Positions 11,523 to 24,184 of a stretch of DNA of 64,000 nucleotides are shown piece after piece (the stretch's first letter is position 1; each line of letters starts with the position of its first letter). The notes under the pieces were generated by a model, which was not told where the DNA came from, ran no database searches, and saw nothing but the letters and a program-made list of their open reading frames with translations. The position numbers and the translations under genes are program-made. This DNA is from Mytilus trossulus (taxonomy: Eukaryota): assembly GCF_036588685.1 (NCBI RefSeq), contig NC_086373.1, forward strand, positions 70,928,001 through 70,992,000. Reading direction: 5' to 3'.

Positions 11523-11770
11523 TTTTTATATGTTCTCAACAGTTCACTACTCGGGAAAATGACGTAAAGTTACTACTTACCTACGTCGTAAGAAAATCAC
11601 CATGTATATACAATACAAATTTGGTAAACATGTCGTAAATCCATCAAATTTTGACGCAATGACAATGTACAGGTGAAATTTGAATATTTTACAAATATCA
11701 ACGATAATGATAATGTATACCACTCCAAAGAAAAAGAAAATCCCAACCTCGAATCTGAATTTATTGACGT
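11523..11770 (-). promoter_or_regulatory. Promoter of vWA paralogue 2
   Basis: Minus-strand CATATAAAAA ~50 bp upstream of the ATG, conserved block at 11649-11680, ACGTCAAT at 11763-11770. Confidence 0.55.
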
Positions 11771-14700
11771 GATATGTTGGCTATTGCACACCCTTTTTTT
11801 TAATTAAGACTTCATTCTGCATGTATATCTACCACTCAATTAACATGAGTTGACAACGATTAAATATCTTAATCAAAATATGTAAACGTTTTCAAACAGA
11901 CTTTAAAATCGTTATTGAGAAAAAAGACACAAAATTAAAAGCAGTGCATCATTAAACTTCTTCTATATTTAAAGCTTATTTCCAATTTTCGAAATTTTGC
12001 AAAAAGGCTTATGAATTTATTGAGGTCTAAAAAATATAATCCGAAACTGTTAGTTATAGTTGTTTGCAGAAATGGCTATGGCTAGACAAAAAATGACAAA
12101 AAGCACATACCGAAAGAGTATTAATAATGAAATAGACATTTTTTTTTAATTTGAAATGCAGCTAGGAACTTATATGATATTATGTTATGAAAATAGATAA
12201 AACTCAAAGGTGGTTCCTTTTCAGCTTCATTTCAAACAGTCTTTCCACAAACATACACAGACTATTGTTTTTCACTGTATTTATAAATGAAATGAAATAC
12301 CACAAAACAATATCGAGTTGTCTTCATAGAAAGCTATGGATCAACATCAAATGCAATGTTTCATGAACTGTGTCTATAATATTCTCATTTGGTGGATTTG
12401 AATCAGATTGTTTTGTGCTTATACTTTGTAAAGTAATAAGAGCAAAAGGATTAGCAAAATATACAATATATTGTTCAGTAAAGCAGATTAATATTACAGA
12501 CGCTTAAGACCCAATTTACAAAGAAACACGTAACTAAATGCATGTATTACAATATCAAAAATACACTCAGTTACTAAAATAATTGTAATTGTAATGTAAC
12601 TGCTTTAATAGAAACTTTACCTTATACACTCTTAGTCTTATGTTGATCAGTATAGTTCTGAACATATTTAAAAGAGCAAATGGATATTGTAGCAAATTTA
12701 CAATCTTGTGCAATATTTATAAACGAATGTTTTGTAACTTTAGTTAAAATCGTCCATTTTACTACATTTACAAACTCTTATTTGACCAAATATGTACTCA
12801 ATTACAATCGTTATTTTCTCAAACGTTTTTATTTTATTCATGTCTCTGTAATTGTTATACTTTTGATCATGGTAAATAATACTATGATGTTATAACATTT
12901 GGTGTTTAATAAAACATCAGGGTGGTGCGATGCTTTTTGTTTTAGATGAATCAGTGAAACTGGCAGATTCTGTAAGGGACTAATTATAACTAAAAACATC
13001 TTTGAATTTTTGAATTTTTTAAGTTCTTCTTTGCCTCTTCTATATCTCTCTAATTTGTACTATATATCCAAAATTTGAGATAATCCTAACAAGATAGTAA
13101 ATTTAAAGAATAAAATAAGAAAAAGACCTTAAAAATAAATTTAAAGATTCTTTTATCTCGTTCACGCCTTTGTTTAAAGTTACATTCTTTATGTCGATTC
13201 AAATGATTGATAAGTTTAACTGCCTACGTCGGTTAAAAACGTAACATTTTTTCTAGATCAACTGAAGAATTGAGTATAGACTATACTACAAATGCATTTC
13301 GACAGGTAGGAAATAATGGGATTTGTTTTTTCGCCAGTGTCATGTTTATATCGCTTATTATTTAAATATCAAGAAGAAAAATTAAACTGTTTTTGTTTAC
13401 TTATTGACTTGCTTTGATAGAAATAACAAGTGTGTTTTCCCTAAGATACACATTATTGCTTAAGGCTAAGTCATGTCGTGTTTCATTATACCAAACAAGA
13501 CAATTACATTTACCACCTGGCGAAACAAAAATGTCATTTACAAGTAAATATGCACATGATGTATGAGAATGCATTGTTGTCCTAATGTTATATGCAAGTA
13601 TTTGATTTGTTGTAAGCAATATGGATCCTTGCGTTATAATGTATGCACATGATATAACTGCATCTAACTAAAAATATATGTCCGTGCGCATACGTATTAA
13701 CAAATGGGTATTCCGCGACAGACAAAAACCATACATAGTAGTTTTTCCAAACATGTCACGACAATTTTCATGTTGTCTTTTTTGGGGTCTTTTTTAAAAC
13801 ATTATTTCAAGCAGTGACGTGTATTTGATTATAAGTTTGTGCTGCTGGTAAGTAATTTATCAATTTGAACATGAAGGCAGCTATCTGATTTTTTTTGTTT
13901 TCTTTTGGAGTTCATTCAATTTCCCCATCCCTTGTTTGTAACCGTGATTTGTTTCTTGTTCATCGATTTACAAAATTTCAACATCGATTAACCAGCGTTC
14001 CCTAAATTCAACATTTCAGATTTTTTTCCAGTAGGATGATAAAAAAATCAGTTTTTTTCCATTGAAACTAGCAATTGGATGGCGTTTTGCTCACACAGCA
14101 GCGCCATATAGAAATAGTTAAAATACTGTCTTTTCTTTTTAAATGCAGATATTTTATTGGTAACCTAGAACTAGAAACATTTTTTTACACTTGGTTATAA
14201 ATGATTTCATTCAAAAAAAGAAAATAGGGTCAAAATATTTTGGGACATCCTTTTTGGTGAGGTGAAAATAATCTTGCATCTTTATCAACACGTACAAGCA
14301 AGTTTCCAACATAATTTATTTAATTATCTGAAATACAGTGTCAAATCGATAACTTTTCTTCAGAGACCAAAGGACGATGATTTATGCAACTACAGGTCTT
14401 AGAACAGTGAACAAAAGCAACACAGTAAAATACTATTATAAAGGCCAAATCATGACTATATGTGAAAAATATCAAAAAGAATACCAACTTCCTGTTTACG
14501 TACAAAACAATAAAAGTTAAAAACAACTAATATGAATAAAACCCATCAATTACTGCAAACTTTAAAAAAAAAAAAAAAAAAAAAAAATCAAAACAGGAGT
14601 ATGCTTCTGTATTTTTTAAATAGTTTTTCATTAGGAAAAAAATAAATACCGTTCAGAATACATTTTAAGTTACCTTAAAATAAATCCATGAAAAAGACGT

Positions 14701-15579
14701 AAAATTAATTTTATAAGATTCTTATTTGATGAAATTTTGATTATCCGTAATGAATAAATTGTTTTGTTTGGATAATTGAGTATGGAACCCCTGGAGTGAT
14801 ATGCAAAATAAAATTACAACTTCTGCGCGCTAGTTACTATCTTGTGCACAGAACTTGCGCGCACAAGTTACACGTGCTCCTATTGACATGCGCTCATTCT
14901 GTTTAGAAGGCTAATATATGACAAACCGTGACTGCCTCATGCGAACAATATATATGTTTATATATACACATCCTTTTCCTACATATACACAGAGTTTACT
15001 ATATATGCACATATTTGTTCTGCATATGCACATAGTTTACTTTATATGTAGATACTTTACCTATTATTTTTTGCACTTAGTTTACTTTATATGCATATAC
15101 TTTTTCTTTATATGCACATACTTATTCTATATATGAATTTAGTTCTTCATGTGCATACTTTTCTCAATATGAACAAAGTTTTTTAATGTGAGAATAACCA
15201 TTCATATGATGCTTTTCTGTTGTTTTTTTTTTTCAGTCTGAAATAAAGCTCCTGCTATCATAAGCAGAATGTTTAATAAGCATTTCTTAAGGATGTATGT
15301 TCTCAGTTTAAGAATAACGATTTTTTTGTATAACTGTAATTTTTTGGGGATTATATAATGGTATAGCGCTGTAGCCTTCATCTTTAGTCAGTCACTTGTT
15401 TTCAAGCCATAACGTTTAATTAGCCGATTTGCTTGAATGATATTTTAATATAAGGAATCCTTCCACAACAAATACAAAATAAATACATAATACAGTTATA
15501 TATAGCAGCTTACCTATTTAATAAAAACATATGCATTCAATATAAGGAGAAAAATACATTAGTTTCATGCATCTTTATT

Positions 15580-17960
15580 CTGTTCAGTTAGAAGATAGTT
15601 TGAACAGTTGGTCTTAAAAGTATCTAAATTATCTATTTCTTTAATATTTTTTGGTAAATTATTCCAGGTAATTAGACCAGAATATCTAAATGTTCTTTTT
15701 AAATAATCAGAATTAGGTCTTGGGACATGAAGAAGTCCTGATGTTGTCGACCTCAGACAATAATTTTAAAGATCAGTACAAGCAGTAAATTTCATAGATA
15801 GATAAGCAGGTGCTAGACCATTCATACATTTAAACATTAACACAGCTTGAAAATAGTGTATCCTCGTAAATATAGTATCCATGCAAGTTTTTTAAACATT
15901 AATGTTGATGGGGAATCAAAAGAAACAGATAAAATTCTTGCAACACGTTTTTGGAGCTTATGTATCCTCTCCAGATAACTGTTTGTCGTAGGACACCATA
16001 CTGTACAACAGTAGTCAATAATGGGTAATATGTAGCTATTGTAAAAAAAGAATAAGACCCTTTAATACCTTCATCAAGAACGCTCAAAGCCAAACATTGG
16101 AAATCCGAAGATATATAAGTACCGAAACCTTTTTAGCAAATATATTCTGGCTGAAATAGTTTTGCATATTTTATCAATTTGAATTGACCATGGTAGATGT
16201 TTATCAATATGAATTCCAAGAAGTTTTTCAAATTCAACATTATTTAAAGTGATATTATCTTGTGATAAAACACATAAACATTCATTGCAGTTTTCCAGTT
16301 TTCTGTCTGATTCATCAAGCATAAATTTGGATTTCTTGCTATTTATCGTCATATCATTTTCTTTACACCATTTAAGGTGGCTCGTGGGTACAAAAATTTT
16401 AGCAAAAAATTAAACCTTTATTTGTTCATTACACATTTTATTTATTACCCTATTAGTTGTTACTTTATGATATGGTACAAAAAACAACCCAAAAAAATGA
16501 TTTGGTTTGGCCCCAGATGACTTTAAAAATTGAAAAAGCTCCAAGTTATCTCCCTTTGGTGCAAAAATGCCATTTGAAATATCTTTTTTAACTCATCGGT
16601 GACCTATATTTTTTATTATTGCTTTCAAATAAGCTGTACATAAACTAAATAATTGTAAAATTTAAGCGATTTCTTATATTAGGTTATTTTTTTATTTCGA
16701 TATTTCCTCTTTTTCTTCTATTAGTTCAACAGAAAAAAAGGACATTAACAAAAATGCATGCTTCTTCCAGAGGCAGATTTTAGCTTAAATGAACGGTGAC
16801 CCCATTTTTTATTTCATTTTTCATTTAAGTATGTGATAAAGTTCATTTATGAAAAAATATAGCGAAATCCTATATTAGAAAAAAAAAACATTTATACCCA
16901 GGAGCCCCCTTAATAACATTGTCTAAGTCTTTATTTAAACATATATTTAAATTGACAATAGATTTAGATGACAAATACAAAGTTGCACCATCAGAATATA
17001 GATCAGATTCTGTATATTTGAAGGTTAATGGCAAGTCATTGATATAAATAAAAAACAATAAAGGTCCAAGTATAAAACCTTGAGGAACTCCAAAAGTTAC
17101 AGTTTCATATTCTGATTCAGTGGTTCCTAACTTATCTTTTTGCATTCTCTGAGAGAGGTATGATGAAAACCATTTTACAGAGTGGACATCACATTTGTAA
17201 AATTTTAGTTTTGATAATAAAAGTATATTGTGATTTACTGTATCAAATGCCTTCTTAAAATCTAAAAAGAGAATAGCGGTAAATTTTCCATTGTCAAATT
17301 CCTCTAAACAATTTATCAATTATTTTAATGAGTGCTGTATGACAAGAATGTTTTTCTCTAAATCCAGACTGCTGTTGTATTAATAATTTTTGTGTGGTTA
17401 AGAACAAATAAAGTTGTTTAAAGACAGTTTTTTCAAATAACTTGGACACAGTGGGTAAAATTGAAATTGGTCGATAATTGTTTGGGTCTGTTTTATTCCC
17501 TAGATTTTAATATATTAGGAAATATTCCTGTACATTAACTAAGGTTTGTTATGTGAGCAAGGGAGCTTGCTACAATCGACCTTGATAATTTTAAAATTCT
17601 TGGTCCAACTCCCTCAGTTCCGGTTGATTTAGTTATGTCTAGATTTTTTAGACCTTGTAGAACCTCATCATTTGTGACAGTAAATAATGAGAATTTAGTA
17701 TCATCAATTATTTTTGATTTGACACAGTTATTAATTTTCTCAGATTTAAAAGTTTTGTGAGGATTTGATATAAGCTTCTCACCTACTGTGCTAAAATGAT
17801 CATTTTAGCAGTTAGCAATATCATTTTTGTTTACAATTACTTTCCTTCGTGTGTTAAAATGTCAATTTCCTGTTTTGTTGTTGAATTCATATCCTTCAAA
17901 TGCCTCCAAAGAATTTTACAGTTTTTATCGTTTTCTACTGCATCCATTAAGTAACTAATT
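15580..17960 (-). mobile_element. Decayed CR1/L2-type LINE (RT and C-terminus)
   Basis: Minus-strand motifs NYRPISILPTVSKLFEK, QSGFR, FLDFKKAFDTVNH, GVPQG.ILGPLLF, YSDG (degenerate YADD), LGIHID..L.W, FRYSG...WNNLP, with frameshifts. Boundaries approximate. Confidence 0.85.
16376..16909. mobile_element. Kolobok-like non-autonomous element inserted in the LINE
   Basis: TIRs GGTGGCTCGTGGGTA / TACCCAGGAGCCCCC with TTAA TSD (16372-16375, 16910-16913). Removing it restores the LINE frame NVIKWCKENDM. Confidence 0.8.
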
Positions 17961-18349
17961 TTGACAATCAAATATTAGAAACTTGATACGTCTCTACCAA
18001 TTATGTAAATAAAAAGGAATTTCACTCCTTGGAAATTTTTATTCGGGGGAATAACCCTAAGTAATTGAAACAGTTACTTGCACCCTTATGTTGACCTAAC
18101 ATGTAACGTGAACAAGATATATCCGTATTTAAGAGAGAGGTTAATGATGTGGGTTTCACGTCCTCTTCTATAAATTTGTCTTTCAATGCACGTAATATCT
18201 AGCTATCTCGGAAGCTAATATATTTAACTATAGGTTAGTTCTTTGTTCAGGAGGAACTTTCATTATATCCTTGGTTATATATTGATGTGGTTCGTTGGCT
18301 AGATATTTCCACTACAAATCATACACGATGGTCTTTATGTATAGATTCT

Positions 18350-18885
18350 ATGTACTGACGTTGTTTATCATCTAAATTAAGTGTTGTAGTGTTTTTATAT
18401 TTGTCTTTCTAAATTGTTGTTAATAGTCTATTTTGTTGGTGTCCATTTGACCTGACTTTGTACTTATACATACCGTCATTGTATTATTGTGCTGTGGTAA
18501 ATTTGTGTATTCTTGTCCTTAGTTTTTGCTAATATGCTTTGTCTATATGCCATTTTGTTTTCCTTATTAGCATATGTGTTTGTTTGTATATTGATTCAGA
18601 TTTTAACACAATGTTGACTGCTGTAACCCTGTTTTGACATTTGTACCTATTATGTCTTTACGATTTGTTTACACATTGTTGTCAATAAAATGAAATTTTC
18701 TGCGACTGTCATACAAGTGAGAGATTTAGCTAGCTATCAAACCAGGTTCAATCCACCATTTATATAAGAAAATGTATGGTGTTATCAATATGTGATGTGT
18801 TCGAGCATTTGATTTCGTCATTTGATAAGGGACTTTTCGTTTATAATTTTTCTTGGAATTCGGTATTTTTGTTATTTTATTTTTT
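18350..18885 (+). repeat. Interspersed SINE-like repeat
   Basis: 3' part is clearly homologous to 51005-51333 (GCGACTGTCATACAAGTGAGA..TAGCTAGCTAT..AACCAGGTTCAATCCACCA). Confidence 0.65.
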
Positions 18886-19204
18886 AATGAATTTCCAATA
18901 GTGTTAAGAACTAATTATTTATAAAATGACTTTAAGTTAAAAAGATTTCATATCAAAGTAAGACCTTTTTAAACCAGTGCCTTATATTACAGTAGATGAT
19001 TACTCATTTTAATTTCATTACACAGGCATTAAGTACTGAAGTTGAATGGTAAGCATTATTTCTATATCACTGCACTCACTTCATGCTAACAACAACCACT
19101 GAAGCAATTTGCTAAGATCTCTTAACACTTGATCAGTGCGTGGCCGATGAATTTGGGGAGTTTGATACCACAAATTTTGTAGAACTTTTTAATTCTTACT
19201 GAGT

Positions 19205-19436
19205 GCACCAATGGCAGAGTGGTTTAAGTAGTCCAACTATTGTATCATTAGCCAATCAACACTGAGGTTGTGAGTTAGAATCCCGTACAGTTCAGATACA
19301 CTCCAATTTTAATTGACTAGGATTGTCAGTTTTCCTACCGAAGTTCGGGGGGTCTCTCCGAGCACTCCGGCTTCCTCAACCAATAAAACTGACAGCCACG
19401 AAATAGCACTAGTGTTGAAATGGCGTAAAACATAAA
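19205..19436 (+). mobile_element. tRNA-derived SINE (V/Meta-type central domain)
   Basis: A-box-like TGGCAGAGTGG, B-box-like GTTAGAATCC, central TCTCCGAGCACTCCGGCTTCCTC, A-rich tail. Confidence 0.6.
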
Positions 19437-20062
19437 AAAAAATAATTAATTGGATATTGTCATTCTATTTCGTGAGCACGTTACAATCAACGTTGACTAA
19501 TCACTAACACGATGATGAGATCTTTGAATATTATCTCTATTGGTATTAGCATCGATTTTGAGCTGAATGAATTAAAATATAAATAGATGTATTTTGCTAT
19601 ACAGTTATGAACACTGATTGATAACTTAAAAAAAAATAATTGATTAATTTCTTAGTCAGCAAGCTAATTTTCAGAAAACATGTTTTTATAAGGATGTTCC
19701 AATGTAGCCTTCAATTCAGTGGTTGAATTGTTTGATAGCTTGACATCTCGGGACCCTTTGATAGCTTACTATTTGGTATTGAGATTTAACTTGGATTCAC
19801 GCCATGTGGTATCTGATGGATAGTTGTGTCATTGACATTCATACCACATCTTCACTATTTGTATACTAAGCATTGGGTTTTTTAAATTATTTTGTATGAA
19901 ACAATTGTATGCAAAGTGAAATTATTAAGTAAGGGAACAAACAGTAATGTGGAAATTACATTTTTAATGATTCAAAATTAATAGAAAATGGAAGTAAGAT
20001 ACGATCAAACATACACATATACACACAAATAAACAATTTCATACAAAAGTTAAATTTGCATT

Positions 20063-21376
20063 TCAAACACTCGGTAATCTTGCCGTCCCCTTTTCAACTA
20101 GTCTGTTAATTTGTTCCAACGTAATTCCAGATTCTTTTGTTGAAAGTTTGTCACTAGCACTTGAACTCGGAATCATAGCTCCAGGTGACATGCTTCTCGA
20201 TGGGCCTCCACCGCCGACTCTTCCACGCATGCCTCCACCCATGCCTACACGCATGTCTCCACCCATGCCTACACGCATGTCTCCACCCATGCCTACACGC
20301 ATGTCTCCACCCATGCCTCCGACTCCTAAAAATGGTGTCGAAGTGGTCCCTTTTTTGAATACTTTTCTTACTTCTGCCATTGATTTTTTCGATGCTAATA
20401 ATTTAGCATCAACTGAAGGCACTTCTAAAGTTCTGTTGTTCCTGACTAATTGTTTAGATTTAGCACCTGATTTCTGTAGTCTCTGAAATACAGTTTGTGC
20501 AATTTGCTGTTTATTTAAGGAGTCACCTGCTGCAGAAGCTAGTTTAATTTCTCGTTGCACGTCTGCTTGAAACTGACGTAAAGACAATTCTTCCTGAGCT
20601 CCCCCAGTTATAGCATTAACTAAAAGACGAGGTACTGATAATGGGACATATTGACCTCCTGTAATATAAGCTAAAGCCATGAAAAAATCCTTGTATGGAA
20701 CAATTGGTGGCTCCACGCCAATAACATATAAAGTTACACCTTTCTGGGCAAAGTCACGAGCTATTTGCATAGGATCATGACCATTTGGAGATCCCTGTGG
20801 AAATGAACTATCTTCGGACGGCACAAGTCCATGGGGAGGTGCATCGGATATCATAACACTTATTTTAGTTGCATCCTGTCGCCATGACAATTTTGTTGCT
20901 TGATACATAGCTTCTGCAACGGCTTCCGGTGTATCACCTCCTCCATTTGCGCTTGCAGAATTTAACCAGGATTTCATAGTGGATATCGAAGACGTAAAGT
21001 CATTCTTTCGGGTGACAAAAGTTCTATCTTGTGGTGAATGGTCTCTATACTCTATCAATGCTAATCGTACATCACTGCCAGATGTAGCAACTATTTTGTC
21101 TACAATTCCTCTGATGTTCTGCTTTGCACTATCTATATACGAACCCATACTGCCTGTTGTGTCCATTATAAATGCCATGTCTAATTTTCCATTTAGCGAT
21201 GGGGGTCGTTTTATTATGTCAGCAATAGACTCTTGTTGTCCTTCTGGCCTTGTAGGCGTTTTTGATAGTTTAACATACTTTCCTTTCAAAGATTTTGGTG
21301 TTCTAGTGCTGATTTCACTGATTAACAACACACATAGAAGCCAAAATGATAAACACGATCGTGTTGCCTTTAACAT
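20063..21376 (-). CDS. Secreted vWA-domain protein with GMGGDMRV-repeat tail (paralogue 3, 437 aa, no intron in CDS)
   Basis: First ATG at 21376 aligns with the paralogue starts (the ORF track starts at GTG 21436). Signal-like LSFWLLCVLLIS, vWA motifs, conserved C-terminal peptide. Confidence 0.9.
   Translation of the reverse strand: MLKATRSCLSFWLLCVLLISEISTRTPKSLKGKYVKLSKTPTRPEGQQESIADIIKRPPSLNGKLDMAFIMDTTGSMGSYIDSAKQNIRGIVDKIVATSGSDVRLALIEYRDHSPQDRTFVTRKNDFTSSISTMKSWLNSASANGGGDTPEAVAEAMYQATKLSWRQDATKISVMISDAPPHGLVPSEDSSFPQGSPNGHDPMQIARDFAQKGVTLYVIGVEPPIVPYKDFFMALAYITGGQYVPLSVPRLLVNAITGGAQEELSLRQFQADVQREIKLASAAGDSLNKQQIAQTVFQRLQKSGAKSKQLVRNNRTLEVPSVDAKLLASKKSMAEVRKVFKKGTTSTPFLGVGGMGGDMRVGMGGDMRVGMGGDMRVGMGGGMRGRVGGGGPSRSMSPGAMIPSSSASDKLSTKESGITLEQINRLVEKGTARLPSV
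20225..20318 (-). repeat. Coding 24-bp tandem repeat (3 perfect copies plus 1 variant)
   Basis: ACACGCATGTCTCCACCCATGCCT at 20247, 20271 and 20295, encoding GMGGDMRV. Confidence 0.95.
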
Positions 21377-21438
21377 ATTTTCATACACTTTTAATTCACA
21401 TGTAATAAATAACTGATGTTGTATAAAGCTCGCCACAC

Positions 21439-21698
21439 ATTTTTATATTTTCGATTAGACGTGACATGATTACAAACTTACGTATTATTTTTTTCCAGAA
21501 ACCCCCCATGTTAATTTACAACAAAAAATCATAAACATCTTAAAACTATAAAACTTGGAATAAATTCATCACAAGTTGACACAATAACAATGTACAGGTA
21601 AACTTTTTTGGTTTTAAAAAGAAACCAGGATTTACGATAAGGATGTGTGTAAAATAGGATGAAGAATAAAACCTTCGTTAATCTTGTTTAATTGACGT
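21439..21698 (-). promoter_or_regulatory. Promoter of vWA paralogue 3
   Basis: Minus-strand TATAAAAA ~65 bp upstream of the ATG, conserved block at 21576-21603, ACGTCAAT at 21691-21698. Confidence 0.55.
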
Positions 21699-23275
21699 AT
21701 TTTGACTGTTTCATAAAAAGTGTTTATCCATTAGATCTACCCCTTTCTTTTATTGACCCCTCCATAAATATTGTTTTGTATGCAAGAAGTAAAGAGTCAA
21801 ATTCAAAATATACAAACATTAAAACGACAAATTAATGCCCACCAAATTGAATAAAGTTCTCGATTCAAAACCATATATCTTTAATTTGTTCAATAGGAAA
21901 CAAAGAACAACGACGGAATCGGTATAAGAGCTGCTTTGATTAGAAATAGTTGTATGATAGATAATGGGAATTGAGGGAGAATTTAGTTGCTGCTCTTTGC
22001 TCTTGCATGATCAGAGTTTTCTGTGAGGCAAAATGATTTTAAAAATGACTTTCAAGTCAATCAACACACCTCTTTATAGTATGTGTATTATTCATAAGAT
22101 ATCAGGAATTACAAAAAAAAATGGACATACAATAGACCAAACAAACCATCAACACCCCACTCCCCACACACATGTCACACATATTTTTCGGGGGAAAAAA
22201 AGCAAGCATTGGTATCTTCGACGTTCACATACAGATACAGATACAAACAAAGACAAACATAAACAAAGAACAGAACGTATGGAATTCAAAATTTAGATGT
22301 TATAGGACGATAAGAAAAATAACAGTTATCGAAAAAGTAAGTGAAAAGGAAAAAAAATAACTGTGAATTATACTCGTTTTATGTTTACCGTCGTTAGTAT
22401 CTTAAATGTCTAATGGTAAAAACAAAAACAAAAGCAAAAAATCATAGTCCACACTTGCTTCTCATACAAATAAACTCATCATAGATACCAGGATTATAAT
22501 TTTATATTTACGCCAGTGCTAGCAGAAAGAAAAAATTATTTTAATATGACATGAGGAATATAGGCGAGTGACATTTTCAGAAAAGACGCTTAGTTAGTGA
22601 CTTTAATGCACCGATCTAACACACAGCTGAACTTTTTATATGTTATAGTATAATATCTGAATTGTCGGTCGTAAAAAAACTCGTACAGTGCAATTTTTGT
22701 AAAAATTGAATTAAAATCGAGAAATAATTCCAAATTGAAAAATGACCAACAGTGTTGAAGCGTGAAAAATTAACATGTAGCTTTATTTTCTGTTGTCACA
22801 ATGCAAAATTCATGTGTGTTTAACATGTCAATGTATAAAAAAATACTTTTCAAAAATAAAAGAAGTAATTTACCAAAAAAATGGTGCCAATTTTCATATT
22901 TTTTTTCATTTCTTAGATATTTTCGACTTGAAACCCAAATTAATGATGTTCGTATTATTCAAAAATTCATTACTTGTTTAATACATATCGTTATCACTGT
23001 ATTATTCTGGATTTTATACACTTTTCTCTAATTCTATGGAAATTTATCCCTTTCCGAACCCATTGTATAAAAAAATTTAATCAACGTGTGGTTGCTAGTG
23101 ATCTCAAAAGATCATTGGATGATTTCAAAGGTCATGACCTTTTTAGCTAACTGAATGAATCAAAATATGATAACAGGTGTTAAGGAAATTGACAACTTCG
23201 TGCAATGTGAAAGGCACTCGAAGGGGATTTTTGGTTAACAAAAAAAGAAAATGTCTTATTAATCATTAGAGAAAC

Positions 23276-23438
23276 AGATTCTTACATAGTTACTCGTGGA
23301 TTATCGGATTTATCCAATCTCGATAGTTAAATTATAAATTTTAAAGTCCTCGCCGAGGCGACTCGGACTTTAAAATTGATAATTTAACTATCTCGATTGG
23401 ATAAATCCGATAATCCACTGGTATCAATGTAAGAATCT
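23276..23438. mobile_element. Hairpin MITE
   Basis: Near-perfect palindrome AGATTCTTACAT..GTGGATTATCGGATTTATCCAATC / GATTGGATAAATCCGATAATCCAC..ATGTAAGAATCT. Confidence 0.8.
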
Positions 23439-24140
23439 ATATTTACACACTCCCCCTTTTCAATCAAATTTCCGAAATCGCTTTCTCAGTTAATTTCCCT
23501 CAAGTTAACGGACATAAACGCTTCGAAAAAGAGTATAATATAAATAACCATGAAGGCAAATTTTTTGGTACGAATATTACACAAAGTATAAAATAAAAAA
23601 ATCAAAGGACCATAGAATCTGAGATGTCACCGTTAATTGTTTTCTTGGTAGAAACACAATATCTTATTATTCTTAGTCAATTTGCACTTACAAAAGGCAG
23701 AGATTATGAATAACTATTGAAAAATACTTCTTTCTCATTTGGATCAATGCACATTTTAGTTTTGCAACTAACAGTACGCAAAAATGTGTCAAATCTGATA
23801 TTTTTCCCATGAACTTGAACGTGAGATATATCCACCTTTTAAATTTCCTACCGTTTTAACCATCGCATACGGTAGACTTATTGATGGTGCAAATTTGGTC
23901 AGTATTTAAGAGGAAGCATACTAGTGTATGTGCTAGGGCCACGTCAAGAGCCTGTATTTTGACATGCTTTAAATACTTTAATATATGGGGATATCTATTC
24001 CTTCAGTTGACAAATTTTGAATTCTTCCTAGATATTTGAAATACAATAAATGTTCTACCTCAGGCGTATATATTACCTAAGCCGTATTTTAAATAGGATT
24101 ACGTGTTTTTAAATATTCTTCGATGTTTTACTTGGTTCGA

Positions 24141-24184
24141 GCGTCACCGATGAGTCTTATGTAGACGAAACGCATGTCTAACGT
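24141..24184 (+). pseudogene. Decayed hammerhead ribozyme (family A)
   Basis: GCGTCA-CCGATGA-GTCTTATGTAGAC-GAAA-CGCATG-TC-TAACGT: core U to C change, disrupted stem I and stem III. Confidence 0.7.

Noticed and set aside
14918-15136. Tyr/Phe/Ile-rich 72-aa ORF
   Set aside because: Low-complexity ATATGCACATA-type degenerate repeat with no domain evidence.
19205-19290. tRNA gene
   Set aside because: A- and B-box-like motifs are present but there is no proper cloverleaf, and it continues into a SINE body and A-rich tail.
10255-21416. Plus-strand ORFs 10255-10668, 11110-11505, 20148-20486, 20979-21416
   Set aside because: Antisense shadows of vWA paralogues 2 and 3.
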